Source: Myxococcota bacterium
GTDB lineage: Bacteria > Myxococcota > XYA12-FULL-58-9 > JALHOP01
Length of the DNA: 47,397 nt
Reading direction: 5' to 3'
Assembly: GCA_022842935.1 (NCBI GenBank)
Contig: JALHOP010000023.1
Span: 1 to 47,397 of the forward strand
Of this stretch, positions 27,546 through 39,800 are shown piece after piece (the stretch's first letter is position 1; each line of letters starts with the position of its first letter). The notes beneath the pieces were generated by a model. The model had not been told where the DNA came from. It worked only from the letters and a program-made list of their open reading frames with translations, and ran no database searches. Both the position numbers and the translations under genes were made by a program.

Positions 27546-28778
27546 GTGCCGGCGATGCGTCTCCCTCTGGCAATCGCGCTTGCGGCCCTGCTTTGCGCCT
27601 GTGGCACCAGCATCGAAGAGGGCATGGATACCGCGAACGACCTGCTCTACCACAAAGAGTACGTCGAGTCGGAGCGCCTCTACCGCAAGCTCCTGCGCCG
27701 TCTCGAAGACCATGGCCGCAATCTGTCCGACGCCCAGGAAAACGAACGTCTCGCCGTCCTCGACCGCCTGGGTAAGCTCAACGCGCTCTACCTTCATGAC
27801 TACGATGCGGCCATCAAGTTCTATCGGCAGCTCGTGAAGCTGTACCCGCGGACCGACCAGGCCATGGCGGCGCTCGCGACGGTCGCCGACGTCTACCAGC
27901 ACAAGATTGGCAACGTGCCGGCCGCCATCGAGGTGTATCAGGAGCTGGTACGCGGGTTTCCCGAGAGCGGCGAAGCGCTGCGAGCACGCTTGAAAATCGC
28001 GCACGCCTATTTCGAGCTAAAGAACTACGACCAGGCCCGCCGCGAGGCCGAGGCGCTCATCGCCAGGGCTCCAAGCAGCACCGAGGCCGCCCAGGCACAG
28101 TTCGAAATCGCGAATTCGTTCTATTTGCAGGAGCGCTACGCCGAGGCGGTCGCAAGCTACGAGCACCTCCTTGCGGCCCAGCCCGAGCGCGAGCTCACGG
28201 CCTTGGTGCTCTTCGAGCTCGGAAATTGTTTCCAAGAGACTGGCGAGATGTCGCGAGCGCTCGCTTATTACTACGCGTGCCTCATGGATCATCCCGACCC
28301 CATGCTGGTGCAGCGGAAGATCAAACGTGTTCGCAAGCGAATCGACAACACCAAGCCTGCGGACGTCGAGTTGCCGGCCTATCTGCGCGACCGCCTCGCG
28401 GCCATCCGGGGCCTTCCTTTCGGCGTTCACGTGGCGAGCGCGCCAGACGTGCGCACTGGCATCGACGCCGAGAAGCCCATGCCGAGCGAGCCGCGCAAGC
28501 GTCGCGAGGAGTCGGTCGTGAGCCCGACGGCGCCCCCCGAGCCGCAACGCAAGAAGAAAGAGGCGGCGCCCAAGCCCGAGGCAACTCCGGGCGATCAGCC
28601 CGCGGAACAGACACCGCAGCCATCGGAGACCCCGGTGCGCGAGCCGCCGGTCGAGAAGCCGCCGGCCGAGGCGCCGACACGCCGCGATCCAGCGCCGGCA
28701 AAAGAGCCCCCCAGGGAAGCTCCACCGGCGCCTATCAAGGAACCGCAAACGCCGCCACCGGCAACAACGACGCCTTGA
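27546..28778 (+). CDS. Tetratricopeptide-repeat lipoprotein with a Pro/Glu-rich C-terminal tail
   Basis: Lipobox LLCACG. Repeated TPR-like helical pairs (AIKFYRQLVKLYP, AIEVYQELVRGFP, AHAYFELKNYDQA, ANSFYLQERYAEA). Confidence 0.65.
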   Translation: MPAMRLPLAIALAALLCACGTSIEEGMDTANDLLYHKEYVESERLYRKLLRRLEDHGRNLSDAQENERLAVLDRLGKLNALYLHDYDAAIKFYRQLVKLYPRTDQAMAALATVADVYQHKIGNVPAAIEVYQELVRGFPESGEALRARLKIAHAYFELKNYDQARREAEALIARAPSSTEAAQAQFEIANSFYLQERYAEAVASYEHLLAAQPERELTALVLFELGNCFQETGEMSRALAYYYACLMDHPDPMLVQRKIKRVRKRIDNTKPADVELPAYLRDRLAAIRGLPFGVHVASAPDVRTGIDAEKPMPSEPRKRREESVVSPTAPPEPQRKKKEAAPKPEATPGDQPAEQTPQPSETPVREPPVEKPPAEAPTRRDPAPAKEPPREAPPAPIKEPQTPPPATTTP

Positions 28779-28809
28779 CCCCTCCTCGGGCGCGGGCGTA
28801 GCGCCTGGA

Positions 28810-29406
28810 TTAGGCTGCGTCCGCAGGGCGCTCTACGTCGGCCGGCGCTTCGACCTGGCCCGGAGACGGAAGGGCTCGGATCTCATTGGCGACGTTGTCG
28901 AAGCGAGCCTTGCCGCCGCTAGCCGTCTCGGCCGCGGCGATACCGGCAACAAGCATCGTCACCGCGCTCCCAATCACACCGGCCAGGAGCTGCATATCCG
29001 CAGGCACGCTCGTAAACACGGCGAGCGCACCGAGGGTCAGCGCAAGCCCCCCAGCCGCGCAACGCAAGATCATGCTCGAAGCCGCTTGCGCACGATCACG
29101 CGCGAGGACACCCGCGCGAATGATCTCGAAACGCTCGTATTCGTGCGGGGTGAGCACCCCGTAGGCATCGGCGGGCGACACACGCGAGCCTCCGTCCACG
29201 ACCTCACTGAAGTCGAGCTTCGCGCGCAGCGTGTCGGAGAGCTTGCGATCGTGGCGGGCGATGTCGGCGACTTGCACCAGCGGACCAGGTTGCGAGGCAA
29301 GCACCTTGGGCTTTGCGGTCACCAACACCAACGGCTGACTTTCTTGCGGGGCCACCAGAGGCATCGCGGGGACGAAGGCACTGGGAGTCTTGACGTCAGC
29401 GGCCAT
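28810..29406 (-). CDS. Hypothetical protein with two C-terminal hydrophobic helices
   Basis: ORF with GC3 bias. GGLALTLGALAVFTSV and LLAGVIGSAVTMLVAGIAAA segments. Confidence 0.35.
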   Translation of the reverse strand: MAADVKTPSAFVPAMPLVAPQESQPLVLVTAKPKVLASQPGPLVQVADIARHDRKLSDTLRAKLDFSEVVDGGSRVSPADAYGVLTPHEYERFEIIRAGVLARDRAQAASSMILRCAAGGLALTLGALAVFTSVPADMQLLAGVIGSAVTMLVAGIAAAETASGGKARFDNVANEIRALPSPGQVEAPADVERPADAA

Positions 29407-29616
29407 GAGCGCAACCTCGTTGCCTGGGCTTATCGGCGCGGGAGCTCGGTTGAGCGCGGAAACCCAGACTGAAGACCTGTCACTATCGATGGGTAGGTGC
29501 GCCTTAGCGACGCGGTTGGCTTTCGACGAGCGCGAGCTTCTCGGCGCTGACTGGCGGTATGACCTCGGGAGCGGCGAGCGCCTTGACTGGCGTTGGGGTC
29601 AGCCGAGCACTCACGC

Positions 29617-30477
29617 TCAACGCAGATACTTGTGCACGAGTGGGCCAAGCTCGGCGACGCGCGTTTTCGGGATCGAGGCGCGGTCCGTAACGATGGCGAC
29701 CGCGAGCGCGCTTGCACAGGCGCAGCGCACGTCGAGGCCAGCTATGGTTGGGAGGGCCCTCTCGAGTAGCTTCTGAGCGCGCGCGCTGTTTGCCTTGAGA
29801 ATGGCGATGACCGCGTCGACGGTCACGGGCTCGGCGCTCACGTGCCAACAGTCGTAGTCGGTGACCAGCCCCAAGGTCACATAGTGGAGCTCGGCTTCGC
29901 GGGCGAGCTTCGCCTCAGGCATCGCCGTCATGCCAATGATGTCGAAGCCCATGGCGCGGTAGGCGAACGACTCTGCGCGCGTCGAAAACTGTGGACCATC
30001 GATAGTGACGAGTGTTCCGCCATCGTGGACGTTCAAGCCCAGCGCGCGGGCCTGTGCCACGAAGTGTTTTGCCGCCGTGACGCAGACAGGGTCCGCCATG
30101 CTGACGTGCGCGACCACGCCTTCACCGAAGAACGTGCGGTCCCTGCCTTGTGTGCGGTCGATGTACTGGTCGGGTACCACGAGGTCGCCTGGGTGAATGT
30201 GCTCTTTCAATGATCCGACCGCTGAAACGGACACAAGCCACTCGACCCCGAGCGACTTCATGGCGAAGACGTTAGCGCGGTAAGGCACCTCGGCGGGGGT
30301 CAAGCGATGACCACGTCCGTGGCGCGGCAAGAAGACCAGCTGCGTGTCACCGAGTCGGCCGGTGACCAGGGTGTCGGAAGGAGGCCCATAGGGCGTCACG
30401 ACGTTGACCTCTTGCACGTCGGTGAGCCCTTCCAAGGCGTAGAGCCCGCTCCCGCCGATGATTCCGATGGTGGTCAT
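29617..30477 (-). CDS. mtnP: S-methyl-5'-thioadenosine phosphorylase (PNP/MTAP family)
   Basis: MTTIGIIGGSGLY...VTPYG...RHGRGH...VSAVGSL...LVVPDQYIDRT hallmark MTAP motifs. Confidence 0.8.
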   Translation of the reverse strand: MTTIGIIGGSGLYALEGLTDVQEVNVVTPYGPPSDTLVTGRLGDTQLVFLPRHGRGHRLTPAEVPYRANVFAMKSLGVEWLVSVSAVGSLKEHIHPGDLVVPDQYIDRTQGRDRTFFGEGVVAHVSMADPVCVTAAKHFVAQARALGLNVHDGGTLVTIDGPQFSTRAESFAYRAMGFDIIGMTAMPEAKLAREAELHYVTLGLVTDYDCWHVSAEPVTVDAVIAILKANSARAQKLLERALPTIAGLDVRCACASALAVAIVTDRASIPKTRVAELGPLVHKYLR

Positions 30478-30526
30478 GAAGCCTCTCTTGCTTCAGAGCG
30501 TCCCAAGGGTAAAGCTCAAGCGCGCG

Positions 30527-30862
30527 ATGCACGACCACTACTACGACTCCAAAGACCTCGGCCGCTTCCCCGAAATCGGCAAGGCGGCCCCCGACCTCGC
30601 CAAGAAGTTCTTCGATTGGTACGGCGCTGTCTTCGCAGACGGCGCGCTCAGTGCAAGAGAGAAGTCACTCATCGCGCTCGCGGTGGCGCACACGGTGCAG
30701 TGCCCCTATTGCATCGACGCGTATTCGAACGACTGTCTCGCGAAGGGCTCGGACATCGAGCAGATGACCGAGGCCATCCACGTAGCCGCCGCTATTCGGG
30801 GCGGCTCGTCACTCGTCCACGGCACGCAGATGCGCGCTCACGTCAAAAAGGTTGGGATGTAA
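30527..30862 (+). CDS. AhpD-like (carboxymuconolactone decarboxylase family) peroxidase-like protein. Matches the arsenosugar-biosynthesis-associated peroxidase-like family.
   Basis: CPYCIDAY motif in an ~110-aa AhpD-core-sized protein. It ends directly at the start of a radical-SAM ArsS-like gene. Confidence 0.5.
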   Translation: MHDHYYDSKDLGRFPEIGKAAPDLAKKFFDWYGAVFADGALSAREKSLIALAVAHTVQCPYCIDAYSNDCLAKGSDIEQMTEAIHVAAAIRGGSSLVHGTQMRAHVKKVGM

Positions 30863-31894
30863 ATGCCGTCTTTGCTGTCGCGCAGAGTACCGCTCGCCAG
30901 CAGCTCCGAGCAGCTAAAGACGCTCGAGGGTTTGCCGGTCGCGCGTGAGTTTCACGAGGCATTGAAAGACTCGGCGCTCGTGCCCTTTCGGCCAACCCGT
31001 ATCGAGGTCTTCCAGCTGAACGTCGGAAAGCTCTGTAACCAGACGTGTCGGCACTGTCATGTCGACGCCGGCCCCGACCGGCGCGAGCAAATGTCGCGCG
31101 AGACCATGCAGCTCTGCCTGGACGCGATCGCTAAAACAGACATTGCCACGGTGGACATCACAGGCGGTGCTCCCGAGCTCAACCCCCACTTCGAATGGTT
31201 CGTCGCCGAAGTAAAGAAGCTCGGGCGCCATGTGATCGACAGATGCAACCTGACGATCCTCGAGACGCCCTCCCACGCGCATCTTCCCGCGTTCTTCGCC
31301 GAACACGGGGTCGAGGTGGTTTGCTCCCTGCCCCACTTCCGCGCCACCAACACGGACGCGCAGCGCGGCGAGGGCGTCTTCGACAAGTCGATCAGCGCCC
31401 TCAAAAAGCTCAACGCCGTCGGCTACGGGGTCGGCGCTGGTCTGCGCCTCGTGCTCGTGACGAACCCGGTCGGTGCTTTCCTCCCAGCCGCCCAGGCCTC
31501 ACTCGAGAAGGAATGGAAGCGCGAGCTCGACCGTCTGCACGGCATCAAGTTCGACAGCCTCTTTTGCCTCACCAACATGCCCATCAGTCGCTACCTCGAG
31601 TGGCTCATGGAAACGGGCAACCTCGAGGGCTACATGGAGCGGCTGGTGAATGGCTACAACCCCGCCGCTGCCGCCAACGTCATGTGTCGCAACACCATCT
31701 CCGTGGGCTGGGACGGCAAACTCTACGATTGCGACTTCAACCAGATGCTCGACATGGAGGTCGACGCCACGGTCCCCCGCCATATCCGCGACTTCGACAA
31801 GGCGGCGCTCGAGGCGCGCACCATCGTCACGCACCGACACTGCTTTGGCTGCACTGCCGGGGCCGGCTCGAGCTGCGGCGGCACGACAACCTAG
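30863..31894 (+). CDS. arsS: Radical SAM protein, ArsS-like (arsenosugar biosynthesis radical SAM family)
   Basis: CNQTCRHCHV (CxxxCxxC) radical SAM cluster motif. C-terminal CFGCTAGAGSSCGG motif characteristic of ArsS-type proteins, where one Cys can be Sec in some species. Adjacent to the AhpD-like partner. Confidence 0.55.
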   Translation: MPSLLSRRVPLASSSEQLKTLEGLPVAREFHEALKDSALVPFRPTRIEVFQLNVGKLCNQTCRHCHVDAGPDRREQMSRETMQLCLDAIAKTDIATVDITGGAPELNPHFEWFVAEVKKLGRHVIDRCNLTILETPSHAHLPAFFAEHGVEVVCSLPHFRATNTDAQRGEGVFDKSISALKKLNAVGYGVGAGLRLVLVTNPVGAFLPAAQASLEKEWKRELDRLHGIKFDSLFCLTNMPISRYLEWLMETGNLEGYMERLVNGYNPAAAANVMCRNTISVGWDGKLYDCDFNQMLDMEVDATVPRHIRDFDKAALEARTIVTHRHCFGCTAGAGSSCGGTTT

Positions 31895-31992
31895 GCTAGA
31901 CCCGGCTGACGCAATCGGCCGTCCGAATCCCGCGCAACATTCGCGCTCTCGGCGGGATAACTAGGGACCAAGCCCCAAAAAGGTAGCAATCC

Positions 31993-33291
31993 ATGACGAA
32001 GGTCGGCCATCTCCGAACCCAAGGCACGCGTGTTTCCTCTCCCGGCGAAGCCCCGTCGGCGGCTCCAGGCCTTACGAAGCTTCATCCCAAGCTGCGGCGT
32101 GCGACGCGTACCCCCGACAGCACTGTCCGCGTTGGCGGACCGAAGCTCGTCTCGCGGCTTGAAGCGATCGCCAGGAACAACCCGGACGCCGATCCCATCG
32201 CGCACACCAAGTACCTCTCCTCGGTCGAGCTCCTTGGCCGCGGCAGCCCTTCTGTGGGGTTCGACAAAGCCTCGGCGTACATGGCCGACCTGATGAAGAA
32301 GTACGGCATGGAGGGACCGAATCCGAGTGACCCCTCAGGGAACCCGTACTACCAAACGTTCGACCTCTTTTCGCTTCGTCGCGACGACCACGCGCACATC
32401 GCGCCGCGCAGCTTCGGCCGTGACCTCTTCGAGGGTGGCTTCTATCTCGACCACACTGTCGACGGCGACGAGAAGGACCTCATCAAGCAGCTCTGCCGCA
32501 AACACGGCATCGGCAACTACGACGGTCGCTCGGACATCGCGCCACGCGAAGAGCTCACCGCGGACAGCCTGCGCAAAAACGGCGTCGTGGCCCAAAAGGT
32601 CCAGAACGTCATGGGCGTCATGCGGGGCACCGGTCCGCAGAAGGACGAATACATCGTCCTGATGGCGCATCTCGACCACCTGGGCGGCACGCCGGAGCGG
32701 TTCTTCCCCGGCGCTTCGGACAACGCCTCGGGCTCGGGCACCAACGCGGCCCTCCTGCCGATGCTCGCGGAGCTGCAGAAGTCGGGCAAGCTCAACCGGT
32801 CGGTCCTGGTGATCTGGACAGCGGCTGAAGAGAAGGGCCTGGTCGGCGCCAACTACTTCATCAAGCATCCACTTCCCGGCATCCCTCTGTCCGCGATCAA
32901 GGGCTCCATCAACAACGACATGATCGGGCGCTTCGAAGCGGACCGAATGTCGGTCATCGATACGACCCGCGGTCAGAAGACCTTCCTCACCGACGCGTTT
33001 GCTTACGCGCAGGAGAAACTCGGCGACCGCAAGTTCGCGGTGGTCAACCGCGACATCAACTCGTTCGAGGGACGTCAGGACAACCAGGTGTTCACACGCG
33101 CCGGCATCATCACGCTCTTCAACTTCGAGGGGCTGACGCGTCGAACGGGCGGTGGCAGCGAGAACCCCGACTACCACAAGACGACGGACACCTTCGAACG
33201 GCTCATGGCCGAGAACAAGGGCGAAAAGCTGCTTCGCTTCCGTGATCTGAACCTGCACATGCTCGAATACGCGAGCAACGCCAAGCTGTGA
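31993..33291 (+). CDS. M28-family zinc peptidase (aminopeptidase-like)
   Basis: LMAHLDHLG and GASDNASGSG (GADDNASG-type) metal-binding motifs. EEKGLVGA follows. Confidence 0.6.
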   Translation: MTKVGHLRTQGTRVSSPGEAPSAAPGLTKLHPKLRRATRTPDSTVRVGGPKLVSRLEAIARNNPDADPIAHTKYLSSVELLGRGSPSVGFDKASAYMADLMKKYGMEGPNPSDPSGNPYYQTFDLFSLRRDDHAHIAPRSFGRDLFEGGFYLDHTVDGDEKDLIKQLCRKHGIGNYDGRSDIAPREELTADSLRKNGVVAQKVQNVMGVMRGTGPQKDEYIVLMAHLDHLGGTPERFFPGASDNASGSGTNAALLPMLAELQKSGKLNRSVLVIWTAAEEKGLVGANYFIKHPLPGIPLSAIKGSINNDMIGRFEADRMSVIDTTRGQKTFLTDAFAYAQEKLGDRKFAVVNRDINSFEGRQDNQVFTRAGIITLFNFEGLTRRTGGGSENPDYHKTTDTFERLMAENKGEKLLRFRDLNLHMLEYASNAKL

Positions 33292-33482
33292 GCGATGGCG
33301 AGCGGCTCGATGAGGTCGAGATCAAGCTTGCGTTCACGGAGCGGCGGGTAGAAGAGCTGGACGACGTGGTGCGCAAGCTTTCGGAGACCATCGATCTCCT
33401 GGTAGTCGAAGTGGCCCGCTTGCGGCAGCTCTCGGAACCTCGGGAGTTGCCGCCTGGAAACGTGAAGCCGCCGCACTACTAG
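33288..33482 (+). CDS. slyX: SlyX family protein
   Basis: GTG start overlapping the upstream stop (GTGA). Coiled-coil ERLDEVEIKLAFTERRVEELDDVV aligns with E. coli SlyX. Diagnostic C-terminal PPHY. Confidence 0.6.
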   Translation: MSDGERLDEVEIKLAFTERRVEELDDVVRKLSETIDLLVVEVARLRQLSEPRELPPGNVKPPHY

Positions 33483-33573
33483 GAGCCCTTTCGGGCAGGC
33501 AGCCCGAAAGGCTCCTACGCAGCTTCGCTGCCGGGTATAACGCTCCGCAAACTGGCGACCAGAGGTCGCCCCA

Positions 33574-34062
33574 ATGAGACACCCGATGCGCTACGACCAC
33601 CCGATCCGCACCCTCGCAGGCGAACCCACGACCTTGGCCGACTACAAGGGCAAGGTGCTGCTCATCGTGAACACGGCGAGCGCCTGCGGCTTTACGCCGC
33701 AATACAAAGGGCTCGAAGATCTCTATAAGCGCTACAAAGACCGCGGCCTCGTGGTCATGGGCTTTCCGTGCAATCAGTTCGGCGGCCAGGAGCCGGGCAG
33801 TAACGACGAGATCGCGAGCTTCTGCGAGACGAACTACGGCGTCACATTCCCGATGTTCGACAAGGTCGACGTGAACGGGCCCTACGCGCATCCGCTGTTC
33901 GCCGAGCTCAAGTCGCAGGCCCCCGGCATTCTGGGCACCGAGGCCATCAAGTGGAACTTCACCAAGTTCCTGGTCGACAAGACCGGCAAGGTGGTGAAGC
34001 GCTTCGCTCCGAATGACGAGCCAAAGTCGATGGCGGACGACATCGAGAAACAGCTCGGCTGA
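33574..34062 (+). CDS. Glutathione peroxidase
   Basis: VNTASACGFT active-site region, FPCNQFGGQEPG, and WNFTKFLVD motifs. Confidence 0.8.
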   Translation: MRHPMRYDHPIRTLAGEPTTLADYKGKVLLIVNTASACGFTPQYKGLEDLYKRYKDRGLVVMGFPCNQFGGQEPGSNDEIASFCETNYGVTFPMFDKVDVNGPYAHPLFAELKSQAPGILGTEAIKWNFTKFLVDKTGKVVKRFAPNDEPKSMADDIEKQLG

Positions 34063-34106
34063 GGTGCCAGCCTGACACCGCGTCAGGGCGCACGCCGCTC
34101 AGGCCC

Positions 34107-35015
34107 GTGGCGATAAGCTGGACCATGTCGGGTCCCACTACGCTGCCTGTGCAAACGCGGGTCGAAAGCTCGCTCGTCACGTTGAACATAGCGTCTTCGC
34201 TCGGCGAAGTCGTGGTGGTGTCTCCTACGCCCTCGCCGCAGGCGGCCTACGAGCGCGCCCTCGCGCTCATCGAGGCGACACGCAAGGAGATCGCTACCGT
34301 AACCCGCGTGAAAGGTCCCGACGTCGCACCAAACGCCTTGGACGTCTGGATGCAGCAGAACAAGGATCCTGCCGGCGCGGTCGCTTTGACGACCTCTATC
34401 CTTTCATGCATCGCAAGCGTCGGCTGGTTCATGGCGGGTGAGCCCACGACCGCGGTCTGCGCGGGAGCGGCCGGGGCTGCCGCTGCGCTGGCAGTCGCCC
34501 GCATCGTTGGGGCGCAGAACCGCATCTACGCCGCGCGCGAAAAACGCCGTACCGATGTCATCGACACTGCCGACCTCGACCGCATGCTCGCGAGCGTTCG
34601 CAAAGCGAAGCCCGAGGAGCGTGCCTTGGTCGAGCCCTTCGTCAGAAAAGAACTTGGCCGTGTCGACACCTCGCTCTCCGCTAAAGCGGCAGCGACGCGT
34701 GATCGCCTGTTGCAGGGACTTCCGACTCTCGACCCCGTCAGTGGCCGCGCTGCGCGGCTCGCCTTCATGGTCGATTCCCTGCGCCACGGCGGGGAGCTCC
34801 GGAGCATTCTGAGGCAGCTCCGCGCTCTTTTCGCCGAAGCCTCGGCGGAAGAACGTTCGGTCCTCGCCGCGAATCTCGAGGCCGGCGCCTTCGAGGGCGA
34901 GCGCGCCCTGGCACGGGGGGAGATAGAAGACATCCGCGCGCTCTACGCACTCATCGAAGAGGCCCAACGCCCGGGGCCAGAGGCGACTTCTGAGAAGGCA
35001 AAGCTTCCCTCATAG
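34107..35015 (+). CDS. Hypothetical protein with central hydrophobic segments and a C-terminal Ala/Glu/Arg-rich helical region
   Basis: GC3-biased ORF. ILSCIASVGWFMAG and AVCAGAAGAAAALAVARIVGA segments. Confidence 0.4.
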   Translation: MAISWTMSGPTTLPVQTRVESSLVTLNIASSLGEVVVVSPTPSPQAAYERALALIEATRKEIATVTRVKGPDVAPNALDVWMQQNKDPAGAVALTTSILSCIASVGWFMAGEPTTAVCAGAAGAAAALAVARIVGAQNRIYAAREKRRTDVIDTADLDRMLASVRKAKPEERALVEPFVRKELGRVDTSLSAKAAATRDRLLQGLPTLDPVSGRAARLAFMVDSLRHGGELRSILRQLRALFAEASAEERSVLAANLEAGAFEGERALARGEIEDIRALYALIEEAQRPGPEATSEKAKLPS

Positions 35016-35052
35016 CCAAGCCCCCCCACGGCGTGTATAAGCCGCCGCCTTC

Positions 35053-36858
<1,806 letters not shown>

Positions 36859-36867
<9 letters not shown>

Positions 36868-39800
36868 CTCGTATTCGACGTTGAGCGCCGCCCGGTTCAA
36901 GCACGACACGATGGCGACACCCTCGACCAGCGAGACCTGGCGAACCTGACAATCGCCGAGGTAGCGCACGTCCCAGGTGTCCCCACCATCGACGCTGATC
37001 GACGTGTAGCTGCTAAACTGACACGAGGATGCCACGACCTCTGGACGGCCAGGCAGCGAGGCAATCATGCGGCCATAGGAGCAGTACTCTTCGAACGGGC
37101 CATTGGTCGGTGACGAGAAGGTCGAGCCCCCGTCCGTCGACGTCACTAGCCGGCCATAGACATCCGCGATACGCATGGTGGCACCGAATGGCCCGTCGAA
37201 AACTTCGATAGCCGTCGGGCTCATATCGGGCACCTCGACCAAGGTGCGCTCGCCGGTGAGCCAGCTCACCCGCCACAAATAGGGGCCACCCACGTTGAAG
37301 TCGTAGCCCGCGTAGTAGACGATGTCCTGCGATAGCGGACTCACCCACGCGGTGGGCGAAACATACTGAAACTCCGGCACGTCGCAGGGGCGCTCCTCGT
37401 AGGTGAGCCCACCATCGAGAGTGCGTCGGCAGGTGCCGAAGCCGAGCGCGTAAAAGACCAACGGGTCGTCGAGGCTGATGGCACCAACGCCCCACCAGGT
37501 GCTGACCCCGCCGTCGGGAGCGTAGTTGACGGTGTTGAAGCCGTCTTGGGTCGCCCAGATCTTCGTGTCGTAGGTACCGCCGAAAGCCTCGCTACGTAGG
37601 TAGACGGTTCGCGGAAACTTCGGATTGACGTGAAAGACCGGCGTGATCTGAACCGCATAGTTGCCTACGCGGTCCCAGGTTTCGCCCGCATCTTCGGTGG
37701 CGAAGATGAGCACCGGATCGCCGCTCGCCGCGTAAGCATGCACACGCGATGAGGACACGACCGCCGGCCGCAGCGCATCGAACGTCCCCGGTGTCGCGAT
37801 CCGCTCGAAGGTCGTCCCCGCGTTCCTCGACAGATACAGAGAGCCACCCGTTTGCAACGCAATGGAGCTGCCATCGCTCGCGACCGACATTTGCGTCGAT
37901 TCGTTGTTGAAGCCCACCGCGATGGTCCCGCCGGGCAGCGCCGTCCACACCGGCGTGCGCGCATCCGGAGCACTCTCGATCACTGTCGTGGTCGAATCGC
38001 CACTGAAGCGATACGCAAAGCCGTTACTCGCGAGACCCCACGAAAGGGACAGATTGTCGTAGCCGGTGTTCGCCGTCCAGGTGAGGCCATTGTCGATGCT
38101 CTGACGTCCCCGCTTGTAGACATAGCCAGCATTCACCGGATCGAAGCGTGGGATATCTCGGGTGTCCGCGAAATTGGGCGCCGAGGTCGCGGTGAACGAC
38201 GCTCCACCATCCAAAGACTGATAGAGCCCCCCGCCCGAGTTCGCGAAGTAGAAGTCGGCGAGCTTGATGGCTGGGTCGAGCGGGCTGTGCACCATGGACG
38301 CGGTGTAAAACGTCGAGACGCCCGGCAGGGTGTAGTAGAGATTCCAAGTGCTGCCGTAGTCGTCCGAGTAGTGGAGCTGATTGGCAGCCCACGCCCAAAG
38401 TCGGCCGTTCCCGTCGACGCTGATACCGCGCGTTTCCCAGTAGCCGTAGAGCGTAGCGTTATTGAGCGGGCCCGTACGGATGCTCGGGCACGTAGCGCCC
38501 CCCCGGCTATCGATGCGGTAGTAGTTGGTGTAGTTGTCGAAGACGTAAGCTCTGCCATCAGGTGCGGGCGAAACGAAGATCGTCCCGACGCCGTCTAGGT
38601 TCGACCCTTGCCCCGTCGTGCACATGCGTTCCCACGTCACGCCGTTGTCGACCGAGCGGTGCAACATGCCATCGATGGTTTGCGCGAAGAGCGCGCCGTC
38701 GGGGCGTAACGCGACCTCTCGCGCCCAGGGCAGATCGGCGAGTGGGATACGCATGTCGTTCATGAAGAGCAAGACCTCGAATGCGACCGAGTCGGGGGTG
38801 ACATCGGTGGCGCCGACGTTCACAACCTCGTTGCCAAGGCGTTCGCCACGGTAGTACGCGACAGCGGACTGCTGCCCACTCGCGATGAAGAGCTCCGTGA
38901 GCTCGTCACTCGCGCATGTCGGATCGCCGTGGATAGTGCCGTATCCGCCCGAGACGACATCGAGGTAGCGAGCGTTGGTCGGCCCCGTCGGATTGCCGAA
39001 CTGGTCGAATAGTTCGACGTCGATGGCCACGCAGCTTCGCAAGTTCGCGCGGTCAGGCCCCTGCACGTCGAGCCGGGCAGGCGGACCGGCCCTGACTTGG
39101 AGTAGTCGCGCCCCGGGCACCGTGAGCGTGCCCCCTGTCGTGGTCACCGAGTAGCTGGCCACGCTTGTCGACCGCACGTAGAAGCTGACCTGGCTGCCAA
39201 GCGCGGGGATGGTGACGGTGCCCTGAGGTGCTGCGCAGTCGATGTCCGCGTAAGCGGTCAGGCTCGAAGGCGTTGGCGCAATCGATACTGACTCGGCTGC
39301 GAGGACATCGCTGACAGCTCCAGCGGCGTTGACGCTGAACAAGGTGCCCGGAACGCACTCTCCGGTGATCGCGGAGCTACCGAGTTCGAGGCGGAGCGCG
39401 CTCGCGGCGGCGATGACGTCGACGGGCTTGCTGGCGGCGGTCAAGCCACTAGAAGTAGCGCCGAGGGGGATGGCGGCGCCTAAGCTTGCGCCCCGCAGGT
39501 AGAAGCGACCAAGCGACTCGCCAGCGAGAATGCTGACTGCGGTGGTCGCGGTCGTACAGTTGCTGTCGCTGAATGTTCCAAGCGTCGACGCGAGGGTCGC
39601 CGTGATTGCGGGGCCATTCACGAGATTGCCAAAGGCGTCGGTGCGCTCGACAGCGAAGGGGTAGCAGCCGTTCTGCGACAGACGCGCAGCACCGCCCAGG
39701 CGCAGCGCCGACGCAGCGCCCGCGCTCACCTGGAGCTGGATGGTGCGGGACTGCGACTCACTGAGGCTCGCGGTGAAGCTAGCACTGCCCACTCTCGTGG

